Shown one piece after another: positions 12,865-22,692 of a DNA stretch of 64,000 nucleotides (position 1 is its first letter; every line of letters begins with the position of its first letter). Location of the stretch: contig JBHGNT010000007.1 of assembly GCA_043228905.1 (NCBI GenBank), forward strand, positions 12,338,001 through 12,402,000, read 5' to 3'. Below the pieces are notes generated by a model that was given only the letters and a program-made list of their open reading frames with translations, was not told where the DNA came from and ran no database searches. Source of the stretch: Azolla caroliniana (lineage: Eukaryota > Plantae > Polypodiophyta). A program made the translations under genes and the position numbers.

Positions 12865-14157
12865 TTGTCCACAGTCGACAGACACAATGGGTCGAACATT
12901 CTACTTTCAAAAACGTTCTATCAAGAAGATTGTGCTTGGAGATATGGTGTTTGTCGACACTAGTTTCTTACTCAGAACTCGAATGTTGGATATCGAACTC
13001 GAATTCTTGCAACAATAGCATCCATTGTGCCAATAGTGCGTTGTCGATGGCTATATCCGACGTATCCATGGCAATGAACACGCCCCACTCCGTCATGAAA
13101 GCGGTCTTTTCCTAGTCGTCAGGATGCATGCATATCTGATTGTATCCACTGAAGCCATCCAAAAAACTATACATCTCACGCAAGGGGCATCAAAGGTTAA
13201 GACGACGGTCGCTATCTCAAATGCTTTCCCGCCGATCACAATTTTTAGCTTTTGGAGTAAGCCCTAGTGGTCGGACGGATCGCGTATCCACCATGCGGAG
13301 CCAGAATGGGCACACCTCCCACTCTAAAATGCCAAGGCGATTGCAAGTGGCCTTGCTAATGATATTTACTCCCGACCCTCTATCGACTATGCATCCAGAG
13401 ATTTCCTCCCCTTGTAAGAGAACCTTAATAGCCGGGTTATGGTGGTCCACCATGGATGGCCCCGTACTAGATTCTGCGAAGTGGGTCGGGATCTCGACTC
13501 GGTCAATGTTACGCATTCGTGTCTCCATGGCTTGTTGGAATCGAGGAGCCATGCTTGTAAGAGAACCTTAATAGACGGATTATGGTGGTCCACCACGGAT
13601 GGCCCCATACTAGATTCTGCGAAGTGGGTCGGGATCTCGACTCGGTCAATGTTACGCATTCGTGTCTCCACAGGTTGTTGGAATCAAGGAGCCAAATTTA
13701 ATAGCTTGTTCATTGTTAGGGTAATCAGGCAATCTGCGAGTGCTTGCCATACCGGATGCTCCCCCGGCCTCGTATCCTCCCTGTGGGAGGATGATGCCAC
13801 AGATGCCGCCTCTTGACGCATGCGATTTATGTTGGCCTCATTTGCTTTGTCTACCCAGGCTTTGGCAGCTTCCCGAATATCGCCTTGTTTCGCCCACTTG
13901 GCTACTTTGGTCTTACTACGGGTAGTTACTTGCAGGACTTCCATCGTGATGGTGTTCACGACTGGTCCCTTTCCCTTATCGCGCCATGGGCATTGAGTTG
14001 TGTAGTGGCCTGGTTGTTGGCAAACAAAACAATGTACGCTAGACTCACCATTTTCGGTAGTTGGTGGAGCCACATGCTCGAATGCCTGCGCTTGCTCATC
14101 TCGAGGTCGTTGGTGCTACCGTGTATTTTGGGGTTTCCTGCGGTAGCCGTGACGATT
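12865..14157 (-). mobile_element. Non-chromovirus Ty3/Gypsy remnant (zinc knuckle, protease, partial RT), interrupted by Copia-2
   Basis: CFVCQQPGHYTTQC; IVDRGSGVNII; MYSFLDGFSGYNQI..KTAFMTEWG; 143-bp internal duplication at 13411/13554. Confidence 0.8.
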
Positions 14158-14602
14158 TGACGGGAATTGAACGCTCCTTATGCGCAACGCTTGGCCACAA
14201 CCGAGCTTAGAATGATACACAGAAAACGGGAAATAAAACGCGACACAAAGAAGAAGAATATACACAGGAGGTTTACGTGGAAAACCCCAAACTAGGGGAA
14301 AAACCACGGTAGCCCACAGGCTGCAAACTGTCACTATGTAAGAATGTACAACAGTGAGTTCACTGAGGCAACGATCTCGTGCTCACAGATCTTCGCCACA
14401 GGCGGCGGTTACAATAGAGGCAACGTCATCTTTCTCTCTCTCTCTCTCTGTACACAGTTACGCGCTCTCTCTATTCTTTTTCAAACAAGAATGACAACAA
14501 CTCTAAAAGTTTGCCCTAAGTCATATTTATACTAAAATGACTTTTCGGCTATTTACAAATATATCCTCGATGGACTCTTAGAAACATATTTACCAATATG
14601 TC

Positions 14603-14872
14603 TCCTCATCCGGTTCATACCGGGTCTGCACCATCCGGCTCTCCGTAGCCGGGTACTCCTCATCCGGTTCATACCGGGTTTGCACCATCCGGCTCTCCGT
14701 AGTCGGGTCCTCCTCATCCGGTTCATACCGGGTCTACACCATCCGGCTCTCGGTAGCCGGGTACTCCTCATCCGGTTCATACCGGGTCTGCACCATCCGG
14801 CTCTCGGTAGCTGGGTACTCCTCATCCGGTTCATACTGGGTCTGCACCATCCGGCTCTCGGTAGCCGGGTAC
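14603..14872. repeat. 54-bp tandem repeat x5 in the Copia-2 3' LTR
   Basis: Unit TCCTCATCCGGTTCATACCGGGTCTGCACCATCCGGCTCTC(C/G)GTAGCCGGGTAC. Confidence 0.95.
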
Positions 14873-14981
14873 TCCTCATACGGTTTCGGCCTCAGCCTAT
14901 CGGCCTTGGCCGAGCTTGTTCATCAACACTATTCTTCTCCCTTTCCATCCGGAGGGACCTGTCTCCCAACAAACTCCCCCT

Positions 14982-17900
14982 TCACTTCGGCATGGGGTGT
15001 CTTACCAGTCCGATCCTCTTCCGGCACGCGCTCAGCTTGTCGGGTGTCAGCACTTTGGTCAGCATATCTGACTCGTTCTCGGCTGTGTGGATCTTCGTCA
15101 GTGCGAACTCCTGATCATCTACTCTTTCCCGGATCCAGTGATACCTCCGCTGGATATGCTTCGTCCGAGAATGGTAGGCCGCATTCTTAACAAGGTGGAT
15201 GCACTTTGACTGTTGCAATAGAGTCGGTATTCCTCTTGCCGGATACCGAGCTCTCCGATGAAGTCCTTCATCCATAATATTTCCTTGCCGGCTTCCACAA
15301 CCGCTATGTACTCCGCCTCTGTGGTTGACAATGCAACCGTCTTCTGCAGCCTCGACTGCCACGAAACAACTCCCCCTGCATATGTTATTACATACCCGAA
15401 TGTAGACTAGCTGGTATCCACATCAACCGACATGTCCGAATCGGTGAAACCGTCCAATTGAGGTTTTCCGGAGCCGAATCGAAGACACATATTTGAAGTG
15501 CCCTTCAAATACCGAAGTATCCATTTAACCGTGTTGTCGTGAAGATTTTCGTCCATAGGCGAAAACCGGGGTGGAAGGGGCAAGTCGGTGGTGTGCAACA
15601 TGTGCACATGTATACTAGGATATGGTGTATAGAAAGAGAGGGGAAATTTTTGTCCGACATTGTAAGGTCCCTCCCTCCTTGGGCTATAAAAGGAAGGGAG
15701 GGGTCACTTATGAAGGGTTGCCTATTTTGTGCGAGTAAGGTATACCACTTAGTCTAGGGTTCTCCCTCTTCCCATTTCGTTTTAGGGTTAGGGTTTTCTT
15801 CTTGGGTTTCCCTTTAGGGTTTTCGGATAGTCATTTTTGGTGCGGCCATGGCGGCCACCATTGTTGTAACCATTCATTGTTTTTAATATAACTTGTTGAG
15901 CATCTTGCCTCCGCCGATCCCTCCTTCGATGTCGTGGTCTTATTCTTTCCTCTTCTCCTCTTGAGCTAAGCCTCCATATCATGTCCTATTCTTTCTCCTC
16001 CACTCCCTAGTCCAAGACCCCCGCGGTCCCGCCTCTTCTACACGCACGCGAGGAATACCTCGACAACGTTCCAGTGCTCCTTGCCGGAATTGCTCATGAA
16101 CTGGCTCACCACTCCGACTGTGTATCCTATATCCGGTCGGGTACACACCATTGCGTACATCAAGCTCCCGACGGCAGAGGCATATGGAATCTTCATCATA
16201 TCCGTCTTCTCTGCTTTCGTCTTTGGGCTTTGCTTACCGGATAGCTTGCAGTTAGCCGGAAGTGTCGATCCGACCGGTTTCGCATCTGACATGTTGAACC
16301 GGTGAAGCACCTTTGTCACGTACTTCTCCTGTGACAGCCATAAATGTTTCGCTGACCGGTTCCGGATGATGTGCATCCCCAGCATCTGCCTTGCCGGACC
16401 CAAGTCTTTCATTGAGAAGGTCCGGTTGAGAGCCTTCTTCAACATCTGTATTTTGACTTGGTCCCGTCCGACGATCAACATGTCATCCACGTACAGAAGG
16501 AGTATCAGGAAGTCTCCTCCTTCGAACTTCTTCACAAACACGCAGTGGTCGGCCTGCGTCTTGTGGTACCCTTGATCGGTCATGAAGGAGTCGAACTTCC
16601 GGTACCACTGTCGGGGAGCCTGCTTTAGTCCATACAGGCTCTTCTTCAACTGGCATACCAGGTGCTCCTTCTCTTTCTCCACGAATCCTTCCGGTTGCTA
16701 CATGTAGATCTCTTCTTCGAGGTCGCCGTGAAGGAATGCCGTCTTTACGTCCAACTGCTCTACCTCGAGGTCCATGCTTGCCGCTATACTCAGCACCGTC
16801 CGGATGGAGGTCATCTTTACTACTGGGGCAAATATCTCGTCGAAGTCCACGCCCTTCTTCTGCTGGAACCCCTTCACCACGATCCTGGCTTTGTATCTCA
16901 GGGGGTTGCCGGCATCTCCCGGTTTCAACTTGTACACCCACTTGTTTCGGAGTGCCCGCTTTCCTTTCGGCAACTCCACCAATTTGTACGTATGGTTCTC
17001 ATGCAGGGAATCCATCTCATCCTGCATGGCACTTAACCATTTTTGGTTGTGGGTGTCAACCTTCGCTTCTTCGAAGCTTTCCGGCTCCCCCTCATCGGTC
17101 AGTAGAACATGCTCTGCATCCGGAAATCTCCGAGGGGCCCTTCTCTCTCTGAGAGGATATCTACGTCTTCGGGCTTCGGTAACCGGCTCCTCCATTTGCT
17201 CTTCATCCGAATCCGATTCGGGGTCTTGGCCGGTTCCGGTCTCAGCTTCCTCTACTTCTTCTTCTGTCGGTTCGGTATCCTCACCGTAACCGGCTGGTTC
17301 CTCGAGTGCTAACCGGTCTCTTGCCGGTTGGGTCTGCTCATCGTAGAGTCCATCCTTACCGGTCGACTCGGAGTTCATTATCTTCTTCTCCGACTCCAGG
17401 GCGGCGAGCGTCTTGTTCTCCATGAAGATAATATCTTGACTCCGGAATACCTTCTTGTCGACCAGGTCTCACACTTGGTAGCCGAACTCATCGTCACCGT
17501 AACCAAGGAATATGCATGGCCGGGTCTTTGGATCTAACTTTCCTCTTCGGTCCTTAGCTACATGCACGTACGCAAGACACCCGAACACCTTCAGATGCCA
17601 GTAGGATACTTCCTTACCGGTCCACACTCTCTGTGGCGTGTCTCCGTCCAAGGGTACTGAGGGTGATCTATTTATCACGTATGTCGCCGTCGACAGTGCC
17701 TCAGCCCAAAACTTCTTGGATAGTTTTGCATGCGCTAGCATACTCCAGACCCTCTCCATTATGGTCCGGTTCATCCTCTCGGCCAGTCCATTTAGTTCCG
17801 GCGTCTTCGGCACGGTAAATTCGAGCCGGATTCCCTTCGAGCGGCAGTACTCCTCGAACTGCCCCCTGTACTCTCCTCCGTTATCTGCTCGAACCGCCTT

Positions 17901-19562
17901 CAGCTTCCGGCCGGTTTCTCTTTCCACTCTCGCGTGGAGCTCTTTGAAGACGGATAACACCTGATCCTTCGTCTTCAACGGTGTGGCCCACAGCTTCCTG
18001 CTGTGGTCATCTATGAACGTCACGAAGTACTGCGCTCCGGCATGTGACTTCGTGTCTACTTGACACACATCCGTATGCACCAACTCTAGTGGCGCATTCC
18101 GTCTCATCGGTGGCCTTGGTCGGAAGGAGGTCCGGTTCTGCTTACCGGCCAGACAATCAGTGCACTTCTCTAAGTGCACGTTCTTCACTGGAATGAGGTT
18201 GTCTTCTGCAAGCCTCTTCATCCCCTTCTCGCTCATATGACACAGCCTCTTGTGCCACAACTCACCGGCAGTGTCGGAAGCCACGTTCACTTCTTCCAGG
18301 CATAATCGGGCATTCATCAGGTACAATGTGTTGACCTTTCGGGCCCGAGCCACAATCAGGCTCCCTTTGCTGAACTTCATGACACCGTTCCGGATGCTAC
18401 CCGTGTAGCCTTCATCATCTAGCCGACCGGCTGATATCAGGTTCAGACGAACCTCTGGAACTTGTCGGACATCCTTCAACAACAACTTGCATCCGGTTGG
18501 TGTTGACAGCCACACGTCTCCTATGCTGACAATTCGGCATGTACCTTCATTCCCCATCCGGACACAGCCGTGGTCACCGGTTGAGTAGGATGAGAAGCAT
18601 TTCCGGTCTGGGGTAAGGTGGAACGATGCTCCAGAGTCTACCACCTAGGTCATCTCGTCGCCGGCAAGGTTTATTTCACTCTCCTCGGTGATGAGCATCA
18701 ACTCTTCTTCACTTGCCGCGATTGCCGTCGTTCCCTTCCGGTCCGTCCCCTTCCGGTCTTTACCGTTCCGGTCCGGGGTCCGCTTCAAATCGGTACCATC
18801 GGTTTCCTTGTCTTTACGGAAATGCCGACAGTTCTTTTGGAAGTGACCCGGCTTGCCGCAATAGAAGCAAGTGGGTCTCCCCCTTGACTTTGACCGTGTC
18901 CCCAACTTCTCCCGGTTCTGGGGACTACGATTTCTATGTCTTCCGCATTCCGATTCGGTAAGGTGCGCTTTGGAGTCGGAGCTTGTATCTTTATCCTTCC
19001 GACGCGCCTCCTCATCTAGCAAGCTCGACTTTACTCTTGCTAGGGATAACCGTTTTCCTTCTGGCCCGGCGTTGCCCAAAGTGACAACCAACGTCTCCCA
19101 GCTATCCGGGAGGGAACCGAGCAGGAGTAGCGCTAGTACCTCATCAGTGAGAGGTACTTCCAATGAAGTTGCCTGGTGGATTAGCCCCTGGAAGGCATTC
19201 ATGTGCTCCGCCATGCTGGAGCCATCTTGGTACCGGAGTCTTACTAGCTTCCAGAATACCGACACTTGATTGACAGCGTTTTTGTTCTGAAACATTATGC
19301 CGATCTTCTCCCAGAGCTCATGAGCCTTGGTCTCTTCATTGAAGTTGTTGTACAGGCTCATGTCGATGAAGCACCGTATGTACGCGGTTGTCTTCATGTG
19401 CATCACCTCCCATATCGCGGCGTTGATTTTGTCCGGTCTCTTGTCCCCGAACTGAACCGGCAGCCAGAGGTCTTTAACCACGAGCATGTCCCTCATCTTC
19501 GACTTCCACACTGAATAGTTGGAGCCGGTGAGCTTGAACATGCCGCCAAACGATTCGTCCAT
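14982..19562 (-). pseudogene. Copia-2 gag-pol with in-frame stops (18645, 17469, 16698) and a nested insert
   Basis: [66 protein letters not shown]. Confidence 0.93.
15535..16065 (+). mobile_element. Solo-LTR-like insert A, nested in the Copia-2 RT/RH junction
   Basis: TGTCG...CGACA ends; CTATAAAAGG TATA; splits host HWN|xVKWILRYLKG; homologous to insert C. Confidence 0.8.
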
Positions 19563-20037
19563 TTTCTGTGTCGATTTCGCTCTGATACCAATTGACGGGA
19601 ACTGAACGCTCCTTATGCGCAACGCTCGGCCACAACCGAGCTTAGAATGATACACAGAAAACGGGAAATAAAACGCGACACAAAGAAGAAGAATATACAC
19701 AGGAGGTTTACGTGGAAAACCCCAAACTAGGGGAAAAACCACGGTAGCCCACAGGCTGCAAACTGTCACTATGTAAGAATGTACAACAGTGAGTTCACTG
19801 AGGCAACGATCTCGTGCTCACAGATCTTCGCCACAGGCGGCGGTTACAATAGAGGCAACGTCATCTTTCTCTCTCTCTCTCTCTGTACACAGTTACGCGC
19901 TCTCTCTATTCTTTTTCAAACAAGAATGACAACAACTCTAAAAGTTTGCCCTAAGTCATATTTATACTAAAATGACTTTTCGGCTATTTACAAATATATC
20001 CTCGATGGACTCTTAGAAACATATTTACCAATATGTC

Positions 20038-20253
20038 TCCTCATCCGGTTCATACCGGGTCTGCACCATCCGGCTTTCCGTAGCCGAGTCCTCCTCATCC
20101 GGTTCATACCGGGTTTGCACCATCCGGCTCTCCGTAGCCGGGTCCTCCTCATCCGGTTCATACCGGGTTTGCACCATCCGGCTCTCGGTAGCCGGGTACT
20201 CCTCATCCGGTTCATACCGGGTCTGCACCATCCGGCTCTCGGTAGCCGGGTAC
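20038..20253. repeat. 54-bp tandem repeat x4 in the Copia-2 5' LTR
   Basis: Same unit as at 14603. Confidence 0.95.
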
Positions 20254-20343
20254 TCCTCATACGGCTTCGGCCTCGGCCGAGCTTGTTCATCAGCACTGTT
20301 CTTCTCCCTTTTCATCTGGAGGGACCTATCTCCCAACACGATT

Positions 20344-20875
20344 ATCATGGCGTGGCTCGTCCTCCGAACTATCGTTGTGCACCCGCTGGTTTCGTGTGTG
20401 TCTAGTGCCTTCATGCGATTGTGGTTCGGCCTGCCCACCGCGATTGTTTAAAGGGCGCTGATTTTCGTAACGTCGACCTCCACGGTCGTTATAGCAACTG
20501 TTTCGCTGATAGTCCTCTTCCTCTTGTTCATCATCCTCTGAATATTGCTCCTTGTCTCGGTTATGACGGTCGTGCCGGCCCAAATAGTAATTACGTTCTG
20601 TGTTGCGATAACGCTCGTCCTTGCGAAAGCGATCGGTTTGTCGGTTGTGTTGTTGGGTTCGATACGTCGAATCAACACCACGGATTGATTCAACAAATTG
20701 TATTCACATTGTTTATGGTATCCGGTCGAGAGTGACAAATCGGGCAGTGGGCACGCATGTTGCAATCGATCACAGAGTGTCCTGGGTTGAGACAGATTGT
20801 GCACTGGATGGCTTGTCGGAAGTGATCCTCTTCGTTCCTTGGTAACACCTGTCGTAGGGATGTCATGGTCATGCC
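20344..20875 (-). mobile_element. Gag portion of the Gypsy remnant split by Copia-2
   Basis: CTICLNPGHSVIDC knuckle plus a second CPICH knuckle; continues across the CGATT TSD into 14157. Confidence 0.75.
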
Positions 20876-21045
20876 GCTAAATAGTTATGGCCATTTTACC
20901 AGCTAATGAGCTCTAATAATGTTTCCACTCGCATGCTTTTACCCGCCCTCATTGTTTGCAGTCGTCACTTCTTGATTCTTGCGCATGCACGTCGTATATC
21001 ATAATAGCATGATTATGCCGCGTGGTTCGCTTTAAATTGTCATGA

Positions 21046-21107
21046 TATGGCAAGACTCGAACCCATGACCTTATGCTACATGGGTCGAGCTCTTGACCAT
21101 TAGACTA
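21046..21107 (-). promoter_or_regulatory. tRNA-like Pol III A-box/B-box cassette, antisense in chromovirus-1 U3 (second copy at 26276-26337)
   Basis: Minus strand reads TAGTCTAATGGTCAAG...AGGTCATGGGTTCGAGTC, with canonical T8-to-G53 spacing. Confidence 0.65.
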
Positions 21108-21540
21108 TACATTGTAATACGTAGAATATTATTTTCATTTATGTTTTATTATAGAAAATTGATGTATATTCCAAATTTCTCTGGAACATTCTAGAAACTT
21201 CAGGAGTATTCCTTAGAACACTATAAAAGGAGGCACAAGGCATTATTTCGAACCAAATCGGTTCAACGCCAGTCTTAAGCCTCCTAGCTACTGTACATTT
21301 TCTTCACATAATATATATCTTTTCTTATCATCACTCTCTCTCTCTCTCAATCTCTCTCTCCCTCCCTCTCACTCACTCTTTCCTTTTCTCGAGAGTTCTT
21401 CACCTCTCTTAGTACTAATACTTCTTTTAGTACTAATTCCTTCTCTGTCTTAGTACTATTCCTGACAGTTTGAACTGATTTTCTTACCTTCTGTCTCTCT
21501 CATTTCTTACTAATCTCTTATTCCTCTTTTCTTTCATCCC

Positions 21541-22692
21541 ATGGCCACTGTTAGCGCTGAAGAATATCAATCTATTTTCTCGGAATTTCAATGCTTGAAA
21601 GAGAAGTTCCATGCTTTGGAACAAGAAAACCAACGGTTGCTGGGGGATCTTCAGCAAATCTCCTTAGAAAAGCAGCAAACGCAACAACAATATGGGGAAC
21701 TTGCGTTACGCGTGCAACAACTCGAAGCCACCATTGTAGCGATGCAACAACAAGGGCCCGGAACACAAGGGATTCATAAAGAACCCAAGATTGGCCTTCC
21801 CACGAAGTTCGATGGAACGCGATCGCAGTTTAGAGGGTTCCTTAACCAGGTACGATTAGTTATTCAAATGCATCCTTCCCGATATCTCACCGATGCATCA
21901 CGAGTGGGTTTAGTAGGCACTTTGTTAAGTGGCTCAGCATTGGCATGGTTCGCTCCACTATTAGAAAAGGAATCTCTGTTACTCAACAATTTTGAAGAGT
22001 TTCTAGGTGAGTTTAAAGCATGTTTCAGAGATACTGACAGCATCAGGACCGCAATCAACAAAATTCGGCGATTACGCCAAGGTGACCGTCCAGCCTCCGC
22101 ATACGTTGTAGATTTTCGCCTACTCGCCGCCGATATCCCTTGGGATGATCAAGCGTTGATGGAGCAATTTCGTTATGGTTTACGCAACGACGTCAAGGAT
22201 TTACTCTTGACCTTCCCCGAAGAGCCAAAGTCCTTAACAGAAGGAATCTGTCGCGCGGTGAGATGTGACAACCGCCTCTTTGAGCGACGTTCGGAACGAC
22301 AGTTACAAATGCCGAGGGCAAGATCAGAGCCCACCTACACCTCAATGGTATCAAGACCTTTTCCGAGGGAGTCATATAATACGCCTCCAGCGAATACTCC
22401 GACTCCGATGGAGATTGACACTACACGTCGTCGAGGGCCATTATCCGAAGAAGAAAAGCAACGACGCCGTACAAATCGACTATGTCTTTACTGCGGTGGA
22501 CCAGGACATATTGCAATAAATTGCCCCCATAGGCCAAGAAGACAGGTAAACCAAATAGTCGCTAGTTCTAATTGTACTAAACCCGAGCCTATTTTAGTAG
22601 GGATATCTGATAGTCCTATTAGTACTAATAGCCCAAATCTAGCGAACAGATTTGATGTCCTTAGTCAGTTAGAAGAAGAGTTAAACGACTAA
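21541..22692 (+). CDS. Chromovirus Gag (Retrotrans_gag plus CCHC knuckle), intact ORF
   Basis: PTKFDGTRSQFRGFL, LRQGDR, PTPMEID, CLYCGGPGHIAINC. Confidence 0.92.
   Translation: MATVSAEEYQSIFSEFQCLKEKFHALEQENQRLLGDLQQISLEKQQTQQQYGELALRVQQLEATIVAMQQQGPGTQGIHKEPKIGLPTKFDGTRSQFRGFLNQVRLVIQMHPSRYLTDASRVGLVGTLLSGSALAWFAPLLEKESLLLNNFEEFLGEFKACFRDTDSIRTAINKIRRLRQGDRPASAYVVDFRLLAADIPWDDQALMEQFRYGLRNDVKDLLLTFPEEPKSLTEGICRAVRCDNRLFERRSERQLQMPRARSEPTYTSMVSRPFPRESYNTPPANTPTPMEIDTTRRRGPLSEEEKQRRRTNRLCLYCGGPGHIAINCPHRPRRQVNQIVASSNCTKPEPILVGISDSPISTNSPNLANRFDVLSQLEEELND

Larger units (their letters stand above)
14158..20338 (-). mobile_element. Full-length Ty1/Copia (Copia-2, Tnt1/Tork-like), relatively young
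   Basis: LTRs 14158-14971 and 19593-20338, nearly identical. Perfect TSD CGATT. PBS-Met at 19579-19590. PPT next to 14972. Confidence 0.97.

Noticed and set aside
14603-14872. 54-bp repeats as a CRISPR array or a repeat-protein ORF
   Set aside because: Head-to-tail units without spacers inside an LTR; the ORFs are a by-product of the 54-bp period
16736-17289. Long antisense ORFs over Copia RT (also 5482-6132 and similar)
   Set aside because: Shadow frames of pol on the opposite strand
21046-21115. tRNA-like cassettes as functional tRNA genes
   Set aside because: Acceptor and anticodon stems do not pair; only the promoter boxes and their spacing remain
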